Assembly (NCBI GenBank): GCA_049650205.1
Contig: JBARZR010000104.1
Location: 33-64,032 of the forward strand
DNA: 64,000 nt
Reading direction: 5' to 3'
DNA from: Pacificimonas sp.
GTDB lineage: Bacteria; Pseudomonadota; Alphaproteobacteria; Sphingomonadales; Sphingomonadaceae
Positions within the stretch are counted from its first letter, which is position 1; the number at the start of each line of letters is the position of its first letter. Below are positions 37,705-47,661 of the stretch, one piece after another. The position numbers were made by a program, and so were the translations under genes. The notes under the pieces are model-generated. The model ran no database searches, was not told the DNA's origin, and saw nothing but the letters and a program-made list of their open reading frames with translations.

Positions 37705-38025
37705 ATGGCATCGGCTAAAATCAAGAAGGGTGACCGTGTCGTGGTCCTGTCCGGCAAGGACAAGGGCAAGCATGGCGACGTGACCCAGGTGCTTCCGAGT
37801 GACGGCAAAGTCGTCGTGTCGGGTGTCAACGTGATGACGCGCCACCGCAAGCCTTCTCAGGCGAACCCGCAGGGCGGTCTGGACCGTTTCGAGGCGCCCA
37901 TGGCGCTGTCGAAGGTCGCGATCGAGGATCCCAAGACGGGCAAGCCGACGCGCGTCGGTTTCGAGGTTCGTGACGGCAAAAAGGTTCGCGTCGCGAAGAA
38001 GTCAGGCGAGGTGATCAATGGCTGA
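37705..38025 (+). CDS. rplX: 50S ribosomal protein L24
   Basis: [24 protein letters not shown]. Start at ATG 37705 within ORF 37393..38025. Confidence 0.96.
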   Translation: MASAKIKKGDRVVVLSGKDKGKHGDVTQVLPSDGKVVVSGVNVMTRHRKPSQANPQGGLDRFEAPMALSKVAIEDPKTGKPTRVGFEVRDGKKVRVAKKSGEVING

Positions 38026-38605
38026 GGATAAATATGTTCCACGGCTTCAGAAGAAGTATCTGGAAACCGTCCGTCCCGCTCTGAAAGAGCAGTTCGGGTT
38101 CAAGAATGACATGCAGATCCCGAAGATCGAGAAGATCGTCATCAACATGGGCGTCGGCAAGGCTGTCGACGACAAGAAGCACCTCATGAACGCGGTGCAG
38201 GAAATGACGCAGATTTCTGGCCAGAAGCCGGTCATCACGAAGGCGAAGAAGTCGATCGCGACGTTCAAGCTTCGTGAGGGTAACCCGATCGGCTGCAAGG
38301 TCACGCTGCGCGGTGAGCGCATGTGGGAGTTTCTGGACCGGCTGGTGAACATCGCGCTGCCGCGCGTCCGCGACTTTCGCGGCACGAACCCGAACAGCTT
38401 CGACGGTCGTGGCAATTACGCCATGGGCATCAAGGAACAGATCGTTTTCACCGAGATCAACTATGACCAGGTCGATCAGACCCGCGGCATGGATGTGATC
38501 ATCACGACGACGGCAACGACGGATGACGAGGGGCGAGCGCTTCTCAAGGGTCTGTCGATGCCGTTTACGGGCGGTGACGAGGAAGAAGAGAAGAAGGCGG
38601 CCTAA
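38018..38605 (+). CDS. rplE: 50S ribosomal protein L5
   Basis: 195 aa. L5 text with an acidic C-terminal tail [11 protein letters not shown]. Confidence 0.97.
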   Translation: MAEDKYVPRLQKKYLETVRPALKEQFGFKNDMQIPKIEKIVINMGVGKAVDDKKHLMNAVQEMTQISGQKPVITKAKKSIATFKLREGNPIGCKVTLRGERMWEFLDRLVNIALPRVRDFRGTNPNSFDGRGNYAMGIKEQIVFTEINYDQVDQTRGMDVIITTTATTDDEGRALLKGLSMPFTGGDEEEEKKAA

Positions 38606-38647
38606 CCGGCCCGTCTCTCTTCATTGAAAGGAAAGAGAACTTAAGTC

Positions 38648-38953
38648 ATGGCGAAACTGAGTTCGGTGAACAAGAACGAGCATCGCAAGAAGCTCGTGAA
38701 GAAATATGCGGGTAAATATGCCCGTCTGAAGGCGATTGCCGAGGATGAGAGCGTCGACGACGACGAGCGGTTCATGGCGCGTCTGAAGATGGCGGAAATC
38801 CCGCGCAACGCGAATCCGACGCGTGTGCGCAATCGTTGCGAACTGACCGGACGTAGCCGTGGCTACTACCGCAAGTTCGGCCTGTCGCGCATCATGCTGC
38901 GCGAACTGGGCAACAAGGGCCTGATCCCAGGTCTCACGAAATCCAGCTGGTAA
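38648..38953 (+). CDS. rpsN: 30S ribosomal protein S14
   Basis: 101 aa, ending in the typical S14 C-terminus [11 protein letters not shown]. Confidence 0.97.
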   Translation: MAKLSSVNKNEHRKKLVKKYAGKYARLKAIAEDESVDDDERFMARLKMAEIPRNANPTRVRNRCELTGRSRGYYRKFGLSRIMLRELGNKGLIPGLTKSSW

Positions 38954-38969
38954 GGAAAGGAGCGACCTC

Positions 38970-39368
38970 ATGACAATGACAGATCCGCTCGCGGACCTTC
39001 TCACGCGTATCCGCAACGGCCAGCAGGCCAAGATGGATTCCATTACGACACCGGCGTCGAAGCTGCGTCGCAATGTTCTCAACGTGCTTGAGCGCGAAGG
39101 TTATATCCGTGGCCATTCCGACGAGGAGCAGTCCGGCAACAAAACCTTCACGCGCATCGAGCTGAAATATTTCGAAGGCGCGCCCGCGATCCAGTATCTG
39201 CAGCGTGTGTCGAAGCCGGGTCGCCGTGTCTATTCGGGCGCGACCGACCTGCCGAAGGTCCGCTCGGGTCTCGGTATCACCATTGTCTCGACGCCAAAAG
39301 GCGTTCTGTCCGACGCGGAAGCGCGCGAACAGAATGTCGGCGGCGAGCTCCTTTGCCAGGTCTTCTAG
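38970..39368 (+). CDS. rpsH: 30S ribosomal protein S8
   Basis: [18 protein letters not shown]. Confidence 0.98.
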   Translation: MTMTDPLADLLTRIRNGQQAKMDSITTPASKLRRNVLNVLEREGYIRGHSDEEQSGNKTFTRIELKYFEGAPAIQYLQRVSKPGRRVYSGATDLPKVRSGLGITIVSTPKGVLSDAEAREQNVGGELLCQVF

Positions 39369-39378
39369 GGGAACGCTG

Positions 39379-39906
39379 ATGTCACGAATTGGAAAAGTGC
39401 CCGTCGCACTGCCCGACGGTGTCTCGGCGTCGCTCGCCGGTGAAATCCTGTCGGTCAAGGGGCCGAAGGGCGAACTGTCGATGCCGACCCGCGACGAGAT
39501 CGAATACAAGATCGAGGACGGCGTGGTGAAGGTCACGCCCGTCAAGCGTGCAGGTCGCCCCTTCTGGGGGATGCAGCGCACAATGGTGCAGAATCTGGTC
39601 ACGGGTGTGACCGAGGGCTTCACCAAAGTGCTGGAGATTTCCGGTGTCGGTTACCGTGCGGCGATGCAGGGCAAGATCCTGAAGCTGCAGCTCGGCTACA
39701 GCCACGATGTCGATTATGCGATCCCGGAAGGGATCGACATCAAGACGCCTGACCAGACCACTGTGGAAATCAGCGGCATGGACAAGCAGAAGGTCGGCCA
39801 GGTCGCTGCGGAAATCCGCCGCTGGCGCAAGCCCGAACCCTATAAGGGCAAGGGCATCAAATATCGCGGCGAATATGTGTTCCGCAAGGAAGGCAAGAAG
39901 AAGTAA
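39379..39906 (+). CDS. rplF: 50S ribosomal protein L6
   Basis: [15 protein letters not shown]. Start at ATG 39379 within ORF 39205..39906. Confidence 0.97.
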   Translation: MSRIGKVPVALPDGVSASLAGEILSVKGPKGELSMPTRDEIEYKIEDGVVKVTPVKRAGRPFWGMQRTMVQNLVTGVTEGFTKVLEISGVGYRAAMQGKILKLQLGYSHDVDYAIPEGIDIKTPDQTTVEISGMDKQKVGQVAAEIRRWRKPEPYKGKGIKYRGEYVFRKEGKKK

Positions 39907-39907
39907 T

Positions 39908-40276
39908 ATGGCACAGAAACTGTCTCAATTTGCCCGCCGTCGCCGGCGTGTTCGCAGCGCTCTTCGCGCCAAGGGTGGCCTGAAGCCGCGCCTGTCCATC
40001 CACCGCACTTCGAAGCATATCTATGCGCAGGTGATCGACGATGTGGAAGGCCGCACGGTCGCATCGGCATCTTCGCTGGAGAAGGATGCGAAAAGCGCCA
40101 AGAGCAAGGGTGGCGGTGCGACCGTCTCCGCCGCCGCCGACGTAGGCAAGCGTGTCGCCGCGCGTGCGAAGGACGCCGGTATTGGCCGTGTGATCTTCGA
40201 TCGTGGCGGCTTTATTTTTCATGGTCGCGTCAAGGCGCTGGCCGATGCCGCACGTGAAGGCGGACTGGAGTTCTAA
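39908..40276 (+). CDS. rplR: 50S ribosomal protein L18
   Basis: [18 protein letters not shown]. Start at ATG 39908. Confidence 0.96.
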   Translation: MAQKLSQFARRRRRVRSALRAKGGLKPRLSIHRTSKHIYAQVIDDVEGRTVASASSLEKDAKSAKSKGGGATVSAAADVGKRVAARAKDAGIGRVIFDRGGFIFHGRVKALADAAREGGLEF

Positions 40277-40277
40277 T

Positions 40278-41084
40278 ATGGCTGACGAGAAAACGATCCC
40301 ATCGGTCGCCAACGACCCCACGCCCGGCGAGGCTCCGCCCGCCGCAACGAACCCACAGGGTGCGCCGTCCAACGAGGATGGTCGCCGTGGTGGTCCCGGT
40401 GGCGGCAATCGCGGTGGTCCCGGTGGCGGGCGCGGACGTGGTGGCCCCGGGGGTGGTCGTGACAATCGCGGCGGTGGCCGCGGTCGTGACAATCGCGGTG
40501 GCCGTGGTGGCCGCGGCGGCGACGATACCGGCGAGGAACTGATCGAGAAGCTGGTTCACATCAATCGGGTCTCCAAGACCGTCAAGGGCGGTAAGCGCTT
40601 CGGTTTCGCTGCGCTCGTCGTCGTTGGCGATGGCAAGGGCCGTGCCGGTTTCGGTCATGGCAAGGCGCGCGAAGTGCCGGAGGCGATAAACAAGGCGACC
40701 GCCGCCGCGAAGAAGGCGATGGTTCGTGTGCCTTTGCGCGATGGCCGCACGCTGCATCATGACGGTTATGGCCGTTTCGGCGCCGGCAAGGTGCATGTGC
40801 GCTCGGCTCCGCAGGGGACGGGTATCATTGCCGGCGGTCCGATGCGCGCGATCTTCGAAAGTCTCGGCGTCGCCGATGTCGTGACGAAGTCGGTCGGAAC
40901 GTCGAACCCCTATAACATGATCCGAGCCACGTTCGAGGCGCTCGCCGATCAGTATAGCCCCAAAATGGTGGCTCAGCGTCGTGGCAAGAAGATCGCGGAT
41001 CTGATCGGTCAGCGTGACAATGTCCAGGCCGAGCCCGAAGCGGAAACGGCTGACGCCGAACCCGCCGAAGCAACTGCGGAGTAA
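40278..41084 (+). CDS. rpsE: 30S ribosomal protein S5 with long N-terminal Arg/Gly-rich extension
   Basis: The S5 core ([21 protein letters not shown]...) is preceded by about 70 aa containing [12 protein letters not shown] repeats, and followed by an acidic C-terminal tail. 268 aa in total. Confidence 0.95.
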   Translation: MADEKTIPSVANDPTPGEAPPAATNPQGAPSNEDGRRGGPGGGNRGGPGGGRGRGGPGGGRDNRGGGRGRDNRGGRGGRGGDDTGEELIEKLVHINRVSKTVKGGKRFGFAALVVVGDGKGRAGFGHGKAREVPEAINKATAAAKKAMVRVPLRDGRTLHHDGYGRFGAGKVHVRSAPQGTGIIAGGPMRAIFESLGVADVVTKSVGTSNPYNMIRATFEALADQYSPKMVAQRRGKKIADLIGQRDNVQAEPEAETADAEPAEATAE

Positions 41085-41090
41085 GCCGAC

Positions 41091-41279
41091 ATGGCAAAGA
41101 AGAAGATGATGAAGGTCAAGCAGGTCGGCTCGCCGATCCGCCGTCCGGAAAAGCAGCGTGCGACGCTGAAAGGTCTTGGCCTTGGCAAGATGCACCGCGT
41201 CGTGGAACTGGAGGATACGCCCTCCACACGTGGCATGGTCAATTCCATTCCGCACCTGGTGCAGGTGGTCGAGGAATAG
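41091..41279 (+). CDS. rpmD: 50S ribosomal protein L30
   Basis: 62 aa. [26 protein letters not shown]. Confidence 0.96.
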   Translation: MAKKKMMKVKQVGSPIRRPEKQRATLKGLGLGKMHRVVELEDTPSTRGMVNSIPHLVQVVEE

Positions 41280-41373
41280 TTGGCTTTCTTCAAATGTCTC
41301 GCGAATGGAGAGAATTTTCCAGCAGAGATAGAGGGGGGAACGAAAACTCGTCGGGTTCTTTGCTACACGCTAT

Positions 41374-41568
41374 GTGGCCGCTGAGAGTCCGGAAGCTGCA
41401 GAACTAGCGGCTTTGAAACTTCTTCAGGATGATGAGTGGCTGGCAGGCTTGAAAGAATTTGCAAAGCCAACTGATCCAACACCTAAAGTTTACTTCGAGG
41501 AAATCGTCGAAGTAGATAAAAATATCGAACAGTCGGGAGCCACAGGCTTCTCTTTGTATCTGATGTAA
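41374..41568 (+). CDS. Orphan 64-codon ORF in a low-GC insertion between rpmD and rplO (coding status uncertain)
   Basis: GTG start, no obvious RBS, and A/T-ending codon usage unlike the neighbours. No family recognised. See findings. Confidence 0.3.
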   Translation: MAAESPEAAELAALKLLQDDEWLAGLKEFAKPTDPTPKVYFEEIVEVDKNIEQSGATGFSLYLM

Positions 41569-41603
41569 ACAAGCGCGAACAAAAGCGAAAGCGAGTGCAT
41601 ATT

Positions 41604-42089
41604 ATGAAGTTAAGTGATCTCAGCGATAACGAAGGCGCACGCAAGAAGCGTATGCGCATCGGCCGCGGCGAAGGCAGCGGGAAGGGCACGACCGGCGGCC
41701 GCGGCATGAAAGGGCAGAAATCCCGTTCGGGCGTCGCAATAAAGGGCTTCGAAGGCGGCCAGATGCCGCTTCACATGCGGATTCCGAAGCGCGGCTTCAA
41801 CAATCCCTTCGGCACGGACTATGCCGAACTGAATCTCGGCACGTTGCAGAAGGCCATCGACGACAAGAAGCTGAAGGCCGGCAAGCTGGACGAGGCGGCT
41901 TTGCGCGAAACCGGTCTGATCCGCGGCGGCAAGGACGGCGTCAGCCTGCTTGCCAAGGGCGAGCTGAAATCGAAAGTCGAACTGACGGTCGCGCGCGCTT
42001 CCAAGGGTGCGGTTGCCGCCGTCGAAAAGGCTGGTGGCAAGGTCACGCAGACCGTCGGCCCGAAAGTCTGGCCTGAAAAGAAGGCGTAA
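41604..42089 (+). CDS. rplO: 50S ribosomal protein L15
   Basis: [43 protein letters not shown]. Start at ATG 41604. Confidence 0.97.
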   Translation: MKLSDLSDNEGARKKRMRIGRGEGSGKGTTGGRGMKGQKSRSGVAIKGFEGGQMPLHMRIPKRGFNNPFGTDYAELNLGTLQKAIDDKKLKAGKLDEAALRETGLIRGGKDGVSLLAKGELKSKVELTVARASKGAVAAVEKAGGKVTQTVGPKVWPEKKA

Positions 42090-42210
42090 TGCCTCGACGT
42101 CGCTCCCTTGTCCGGGTTCACGGGCAAGGGCGCGATGGCAGGGGAGTAGCATGGCGCACGACCTGCTCCTATGTTCCAATGCATATCTGTAACGCGGGAA
42201 CCGATTTCAC

Positions 42211-43596
42211 ATGGCATCAGCAGCCGAACAGCTAGCAGCAGGCCTTAGCTGGTCTTCCTTTTCCAAGGCATCCGACCTGAAGAAGCGCATCTGGTTCACG
42301 CTGGGTGCGCTGATTATTTTCCGGCTTTGCTCATTCGTGCCGTTGCCGGGTATCGATCCGGTGCAGCTGGAAATCCTGTTCGACCGCACACGCGGCGGCG
42401 TTCTCGATTTCGTCAACATGTTTTCCGGCGGCGCGCTGGAGCGGATGTCGATCGTCGCGCTCAACATCATGCCCTATATCACCGCGTCGATCATCGTACA
42501 GTTGATGACGTCGCTGTCGCCGACCATGGCTGCCCTCAAGAAAGAGGGTGAGAGCGGTCGCAAGAAGATCAACCAGTATACCCGTCTCGGCACGGTGTTC
42601 CTGACGCTTGTACAGGGCTATGGCATCGCGCGCGGCCTCGAGGGGTGGGGTGGTGACAGCTCAGCTGTCATCGATCCGGGCTGGTTCTTCCGCATCACCA
42701 CCATGATCACGCTTCTGGGCGGTACGATGTTCCTGATGTGGCTGGGCGAGCAGATCACCGCACGCGGCATCGGTAACGGCATTTCGCTCATCATCATGGC
42801 GGGGATCATCGCGACCTTCCCCGGTGCGTTTGTCGGCATCTTCGAGCAGAATCGCACAGGCTCGATCTCCGACTTCACAGTCATCCTGATCATTCTCGGC
42901 GGTATCGGCATCATTGCCTTCATCTGCTTCATGGAGAGGGCGCAAAGGCGTGTGCTGGTGCAATATCCCAAACGGCAGGTCGCGCATGGCCGTCCGGCGC
43001 AGGCCGAGACGTCGCATCTGCCTCTGAAGCTCAATACGTCTGGCGTCATCCCGCCGATCTTCGCATCGTCCATCCTGCTCGCGCCGTTGACGGTGGCGCA
43101 GTTCTCGGGCGGCGGCGCGGCCGCGCAGGGCGCGCCGGTGACCGACACGGGCAGCGCCTGGGGCGATTTCATGCTGCAGGTAACGGCTGCGCTGCAGCAC
43201 GGCACGCCGCTCTACATGGCGCTCTACGGGCTCGGCATTGCGTTCTTCACGTTCTTCTACACGGCGATTGTCTTCAATCCCGAGGAAACCTCTGACAATC
43301 TGAAGCGACAGGGCGGCTTCATTCCAGGCATCCGTCCGGGCCAGCGCACGGCGGATTATCTGGATCACGTTCTGACACGGATCACGACGGTTGGCGCGGC
43401 TTATCTTGTTCTGATCTGTTTGCTGCCGGAGTTTGTGATGGGCGCTTATGGCCTCGCATTGCTGTTCGGCGGCACAAGCCTTCTCATCGTCGTCAACGTC
43501 ACCATGGACACGGTTGCGCAGATTCAATCGCATCTGCTTGCGCATCAATATGAAGGCCTTATCAAGAAGGCGAAGCTGCGCGGTAAGCGGCGCTAA
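42211..43596 (+). CDS. secY: Preprotein translocase subunit SecY
   Basis: 461 aa, 10 TM helices. SecY text LKKRIWFTLGALIIFRL...GGALERMSIVALNIMPYITASII. Confidence 0.98.
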   Translation: MASAAEQLAAGLSWSSFSKASDLKKRIWFTLGALIIFRLCSFVPLPGIDPVQLEILFDRTRGGVLDFVNMFSGGALERMSIVALNIMPYITASIIVQLMTSLSPTMAALKKEGESGRKKINQYTRLGTVFLTLVQGYGIARGLEGWGGDSSAVIDPGWFFRITTMITLLGGTMFLMWLGEQITARGIGNGISLIIMAGIIATFPGAFVGIFEQNRTGSISDFTVILIILGGIGIIAFICFMERAQRRVLVQYPKRQVAHGRPAQAETSHLPLKLNTSGVIPPIFASSILLAPLTVAQFSGGGAAAQGAPVTDTGSAWGDFMLQVTAALQHGTPLYMALYGLGIAFFTFFYTAIVFNPEETSDNLKRQGGFIPGIRPGQRTADYLDHVLTRITTVGAAYLVLICLLPEFVMGAYGLALLFGGTSLLIVVNVTMDTVAQIQSHLLAHQYEGLIKKAKLRGKRR

Positions 43597-43616
43597 GTGC
43601 GGGGGATCTCTGGGGC

Positions 43617-44267
43617 GTGAATATCATACTGCTTGGGCCGCCAGGAGCGGGCAAGGGAACACAGGCGAGCTTTCTGGAGAATGAACGCGGCATGGTACAG
43701 CTGTCGACGGGTGACATGCTGCGCGCTGCGGTCAAAGCGGGCACACCTGTCGGGAAAAAGGCCAAGGCCGTGATGGATGCGGGCGAACTTGTCTCCGACG
43801 AGATCGTGTCCGGCATCGTTTCCGAACGGCTTGACCGTAGCGATGTGCGAACAGGCGGTTTCATTCTGGACGGCTATCCCCGGACCGAGGCGCAGGCCGG
43901 TCACCTGGACGCGATGCTGACAGAAAAAGGCATGACGCTCGACCATGTTATCGAGCTTTCGATCGATGAGGCGGCGCTGGTCGACCGGGTCGAAGGCCGT
44001 TTCACCTGTTCCAAATGCGGAGAAGGCTATCACGACCGGCACAAGATGCCGAAGGTGCACGGGATCTGCGACAGCTGCGGCGCGAACGCCTTCAAGCGCC
44101 GTCCGGACGACAATGCCGAGACCGTACGCACGCGAATTGAGGAATATCGCGCGAAGACAGCACCCATCCTTCCCATCTATGACGCGCGGAATATGGTCAC
44201 GCGTGTGGATGGCATGGCATCCATGGATGCGGTGAAGGCGAGCATCGCTGGCATTCTCGACGCATAG
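43617..44267 (+). CDS. adk: Adenylate kinase
   Basis: GTG start. P-loop LLGPPGAGKGTQ. LID domain with CSKCG...CDSCG zinc-type motif. Confidence 0.97.
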   Translation: MNIILLGPPGAGKGTQASFLENERGMVQLSTGDMLRAAVKAGTPVGKKAKAVMDAGELVSDEIVSGIVSERLDRSDVRTGGFILDGYPRTEAQAGHLDAMLTEKGMTLDHVIELSIDEAALVDRVEGRFTCSKCGEGYHDRHKMPKVHGICDSCGANAFKRRPDDNAETVRTRIEEYRAKTAPILPIYDARNMVTRVDGMASMDAVKASIAGILDA

Positions 44268-44285
44268 CATAAGCGTAGACGCCGG

Positions 44286-44314
44286 TTGACAGCCGCCGAG
44301 TCGCATCCTATCTG
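44286..44314 (+). promoter_or_regulatory. Putative alpha-operon promoter (TTGACA-N17-TATCTG)
   Basis: Consensus -35 hexamer with 17-nt spacing, in the 188-nt adk-rpsM spacer. Confidence 0.35.
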
Positions 44315-44455
44315 ACACCCTTCGGTACATCCGAATTTAATCTCAATGAACGGCACCGGCCGGGCTTTTGCCTATGCTGGTGCTTCGCATTGAGGAAAAC
44401 GCTTTGAGATAGGTGGCCAGCCCGGCCCACCTGTGGAGCCGAGGAGACATTTTTC

Positions 44456-44824
44456 GTGGCACGCATTGCGGGCGTCAATATCCCGACCAATAAACGGGTC
44501 GAGATCGCCCTTACCTACATTCACGGGATCGGACGCACATCCGCTCTCAATATCGTCGAAACACTGAAGATTCCGCGCGACCGCCGCGTCCAGGACCTGA
44601 CCGAGCAGGAAGTCATCTCCATTCGTGAGATGATCGATGCCGATTTCCAGGTCGAGGGCGATCTGCGCCGCGACGTTTCGATGAACATCAAGCGCCTTAT
44701 GGATCTGGCCAGCTATCGCGGCCTGCGCCATCGCCGCGGCCTGCCGGTGCGCGGTCAGCGCACGCACACCAATGCGCGCACCCGCAAGGGTAAGGCGAAG
44801 CCCATCGCCGGCAAGAAAAAGTAA
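44456..44824 (+). CDS. rpsM: 30S ribosomal protein S13
   Basis: GTG start. [25 protein letters not shown]. Confidence 0.97.
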   Translation: MARIAGVNIPTNKRVEIALTYIHGIGRTSALNIVETLKIPRDRRVQDLTEQEVISIREMIDADFQVEGDLRRDVSMNIKRLMDLASYRGLRHRRGLPVRGQRTHTNARTRKGKAKPIAGKKK

Positions 44825-44837
44825 GGAACGCTAGACC

Positions 44838-45227
44838 ATGGCAAAAGAACCAGGCCGCGTTCGCCGCAGGGAACGCAAGAACATCACGTCGGGCGTCGCC
44901 CATGTGAACTCCACATTCAACAACACAATGGTGACTATCACCGACGCACAGGGCAATGCGATCAGCTGGTCATCTTCGGGCATGATGGGTTTCAAGGGCA
45001 GCCGCAAATCGACGCCTTACGCCGCCCAGGTCGCTGCTGAGGATGCCGGTCGCAAGGCGCAGGAACACGGGATGCGTACGCTGGAGGTCGAAGTCAAAGG
45101 CCCGGGTTCCGGACGTGAGTCCGCACTTCGCGCGCTGTCGGCCATCGGTTTCACCATCACGGCCATCCGTGACGTGACGCCGATCCCGCATAATGGCGTT
45201 CGTCCGCCAAAGCGTCGCCGCGTCTGA
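44838..45227 (+). CDS. rpsK: 30S ribosomal protein S11
   Basis: 129 aa. [20 protein letters not shown]...[14 protein letters not shown]. Confidence 0.98.
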   Translation: MAKEPGRVRRRERKNITSGVAHVNSTFNNTMVTITDAQGNAISWSSSGMMGFKGSRKSTPYAAQVAAEDAGRKAQEHGMRTLEVEVKGPGSGRESALRALSAIGFTITAIRDVTPIPHNGVRPPKRRRV

Positions 45228-45325
45228 GCTCCGGTCCGGGGCAGGCGATCACCGCCTCGCCCCGTTTCAATCTGGCCGGACCGATCATCCGGCCTTCAGG
45301 ATATTTCCCGAAGGGATAGCATTTT

Positions 45326-46372
45326 ATGGCCGTCAACGCGAAGAACTGGCAGGAACTTACCAAGCCGTCCGCTCTTGAAACCAAAGGCACCACGACCAAA
45401 TCCCGCGCAACGTTCGTGGCGGAACCGCTGGAACGCGGCTTCGGCCTGACGCTGGGCAATGCGCTTCGCCGCGTGCTGCTCTCCTCGTTGCAGGGTGCGG
45501 CAATTACGTCCATCAAGCTGGACGGTGCGCTGCATGAGTTTTCCTCGCTTCCGGGTGTTCGGGAGGATGTCACTGATATCGTGCTTAACATCAAACAGGT
45601 CGCCCTGAAGATGGAGGGTAACGAGCAGAAGCGCGTTCAGCTGACCGCGACCGGCCCTGGCGAAGTAAAAGCTGGTCAGATTGCCGTGTCCTCCGACATG
45701 GAAATTATGAATCCGGATCATGTTATCTGTCATCTCGACGACGGTGCGAACCTGAATGTCGAGCTTACGGCCAACACAGGCAAGGGCTATAGCACGGCTG
45801 CCGCCAACCGCGCCGCCGATGCGCCCATCGGGCTCATTCCAGTCGACTCGCTGTATTCGCCGGTTCGCCAGGTATCCTACAAGGTCGAGAACGCCCGTGT
45901 CGGACAGGAACTCGATTATGACCGCCTGCTGCTGACGGTCGAGACTGACGGTACGGTGAAACCTGAAGATGCCGTGGCCTATGCGGCGCGTATCCTTCAG
46001 GACCAGTTGGCACTGTTCATCAACTTTGAAGAATCGAGCGCCATCCAGGCGGCTCCGTCGACGGCACAGACGGCGGAAGACGAAAATGACGATCAGGTCA
46101 ACCGCTTCCTCCTCAAGAAGGTCGACGAGCTGGAACTTAGTGTCCGTTCGGCGAACTGTCTGAAGAACGACAACATCATCTATATCGGCGATTTGGTTCA
46201 GAAAACCGAGGCCGAGATGCTGCGCACGCCGAATTTCGGCCGCAAGTCGCTGAACGAGATCAAGGAAGTTCTGTCGTCAATGGGCCTTCGCCTCGGCATG
46301 GAACTGCCCGGCTGGCCGCCCGAAAATATCGAGGAAATGGCCAAGAAGATGGAGCAGGATCTGCTCGGCTGA
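45326..46372 (+). CDS. rpoA: DNA-directed RNA polymerase subunit alpha
   Basis: 348 aa. N-terminal domain [22 protein letters not shown] and C-terminal domain [22 protein letters not shown]. Confidence 0.98.
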   Translation: MAVNAKNWQELTKPSALETKGTTTKSRATFVAEPLERGFGLTLGNALRRVLLSSLQGAAITSIKLDGALHEFSSLPGVREDVTDIVLNIKQVALKMEGNEQKRVQLTATGPGEVKAGQIAVSSDMEIMNPDHVICHLDDGANLNVELTANTGKGYSTAAANRAADAPIGLIPVDSLYSPVRQVSYKVENARVGQELDYDRLLLTVETDGTVKPEDAVAYAARILQDQLALFINFEESSAIQAAPSTAQTAEDENDDQVNRFLLKKVDELELSVRSANCLKNDNIIYIGDLVQKTEAEMLRTPNFGRKSLNEIKEVLSSMGLRLGMELPGWPPENIEEMAKKMEQDLLG

Positions 46373-46461
46373 AGCCATTGCCGATTGGGAAAAGGGCGGC
46401 CCCTTAGTCCGCCCGCACTGGGGTACCTTGCACGGCCCCTGTTCAAACAGAGGAAAAGAAT

Positions 46462-46884
46462 ATGCGCCATCGTCACGGACAGCCAAAACTCCAGCGGACT
46501 TCCAGCCACCGCATCGCACTGATGCGGAACATGGCGGCTGCGCTCATCAAGCATGAGCAGATCAAGACAACTGTCCCCAAGGCGAAGGCGCTTCGCCCTT
46601 ATGTCGAGAAGCTGGTGACGCTGGCGAAGAAGGGCGGCCTCTCGAACCGTCGTCTCGCCATGTCCCGCCTGATGGACGAAACACAGCTGAAGAAGCTGTT
46701 CGACGTCATGGCCGACCGCTATTCGGACCGCCCGGGTGGCTATACCCGCGTTCTGAAGCTTGGCATGCGTCAGTCCGACGCCGCGCCGATGGCGATCATC
46801 GAATTCGTCGACCGCGATACCGATGCCAAGGGCCAGGATAGCGGCCCGGTGCTTTCCAATGAGGATATGGACGAAGCCGCGTAA
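46462..46884 (+). CDS. rplQ: 50S ribosomal protein L17
   Basis: [25 protein letters not shown]. Confidence 0.97.
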   Translation: MRHRHGQPKLQRTSSHRIALMRNMAAALIKHEQIKTTVPKAKALRPYVEKLVTLAKKGGLSNRRLAMSRLMDETQLKKLFDVMADRYSDRPGGYTRVLKLGMRQSDAAPMAIIEFVDRDTDAKGQDSGPVLSNEDMDEAA

Positions 46885-46911
46885 GCCGCATTATCGTCTG
46901 GCAATTCAAAG

Positions 46912-46951
46912 AAAGGGGCCGGTGAACATGATGCTCACCGGCCCCTTTCTT
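46912..46951. terminator. Intrinsic terminator closing the ribosomal cluster (bidirectional)
   Basis: AAAGGGGCCGGTGA-N9-TCACCGGCCCCTTT is a perfect 14-bp stem followed by a T-rich tail. Confidence 0.7.
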
Positions 46952-46969
46952 AGTGCGGATTACTAAATC

Positions 46970-47458
46970 TCAGCGAAGGCGCGTGACCAGCATTCCGCAG
47001 CTATTTGTGCCGCGAGGGCAGTGGACATTGGCGTAAAGCAGTGTGTCGCCGCCGAAGGGCGATACGGCGCGCGCCAGGGCTTCGTCCGTGGCGACACCCA
47101 GCGACAGGGTGGCCTGCTCGCTCCAGAACAGATCGCTCTCGACGGGAATATTCGAGGTTCGGAAGTCGGCGCTTGTCAGCAATTTCCCGTCGGTGCTGAA
47201 TAGCGCGGCACCGGTGAAGGCGGGATAGAAGCGCACAAAGCGGCGCAGGCGCATGGTGGCACCGGTCAGGGACGGGCGGTCTTCAGGACTGGCGGCCGCG
47301 AGGCGCAAAGGCATGTCGCCTGCCAGCGAACGGATGAGTGCGAGACATTGCCCATCATTCGCATGGCGTTCGGGCAGTGCCGGGGATCGCGGAATCTCCG
47401 CAATCGCGCTCTCCTGCGGATCCCGAAGTTTCAGCTGCGCGCTACCCAACATGTGCAA
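46970..47458 (-). CDS. Hypothetical protein
   Basis: 162-aa ORF convergent with rplQ. It has no competing long frame and host-like GC. No motif recognised. Confidence 0.45.
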   Translation of the reverse strand: MHMLGSAQLKLRDPQESAIAEIPRSPALPERHANDGQCLALIRSLAGDMPLRLAAASPEDRPSLTGATMRLRRFVRFYPAFTGAALFSTDGKLLTSADFRTSNIPVESDLFWSEQATLSLGVATDEALARAVSPFGGDTLLYANVHCPRGTNSCGMLVTRLR

Positions 47459-47661
47459 ATCCCCAAACTGCGCCGCCGACCGATGTGTTGAACACCGCTA
47501 CGGCGACTCGCTCCTACACTCCGAAGCTGGCATGATTATCTTAAAAAGCCATTGACGGCGAGTCGCCCCGACTCTCGATCAGACTCGCGGGGCTGTGCAA
47601 TACATCGGACGAGTTGTGCGAAACCTTGCGCATTTCCCGCAATTCACGCAACGAAGTGGCC

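Noticed and set aside
40340-40520. Directly repeated GC-rich DNA that might be taken for a tandem-repeat locus or mini-array.
   Set aside because: It is in frame within rpsE and encodes the RGG-type extension. There is no spacer/repeat architecture.
41483-41707. 74-aa minus-strand ORF overlapping the end of the insertion and the rplO start.
   Set aside because: It overlaps the conserved rplO N-terminus in antisense, and its Pro/Arg-rich translation looks non-coding.
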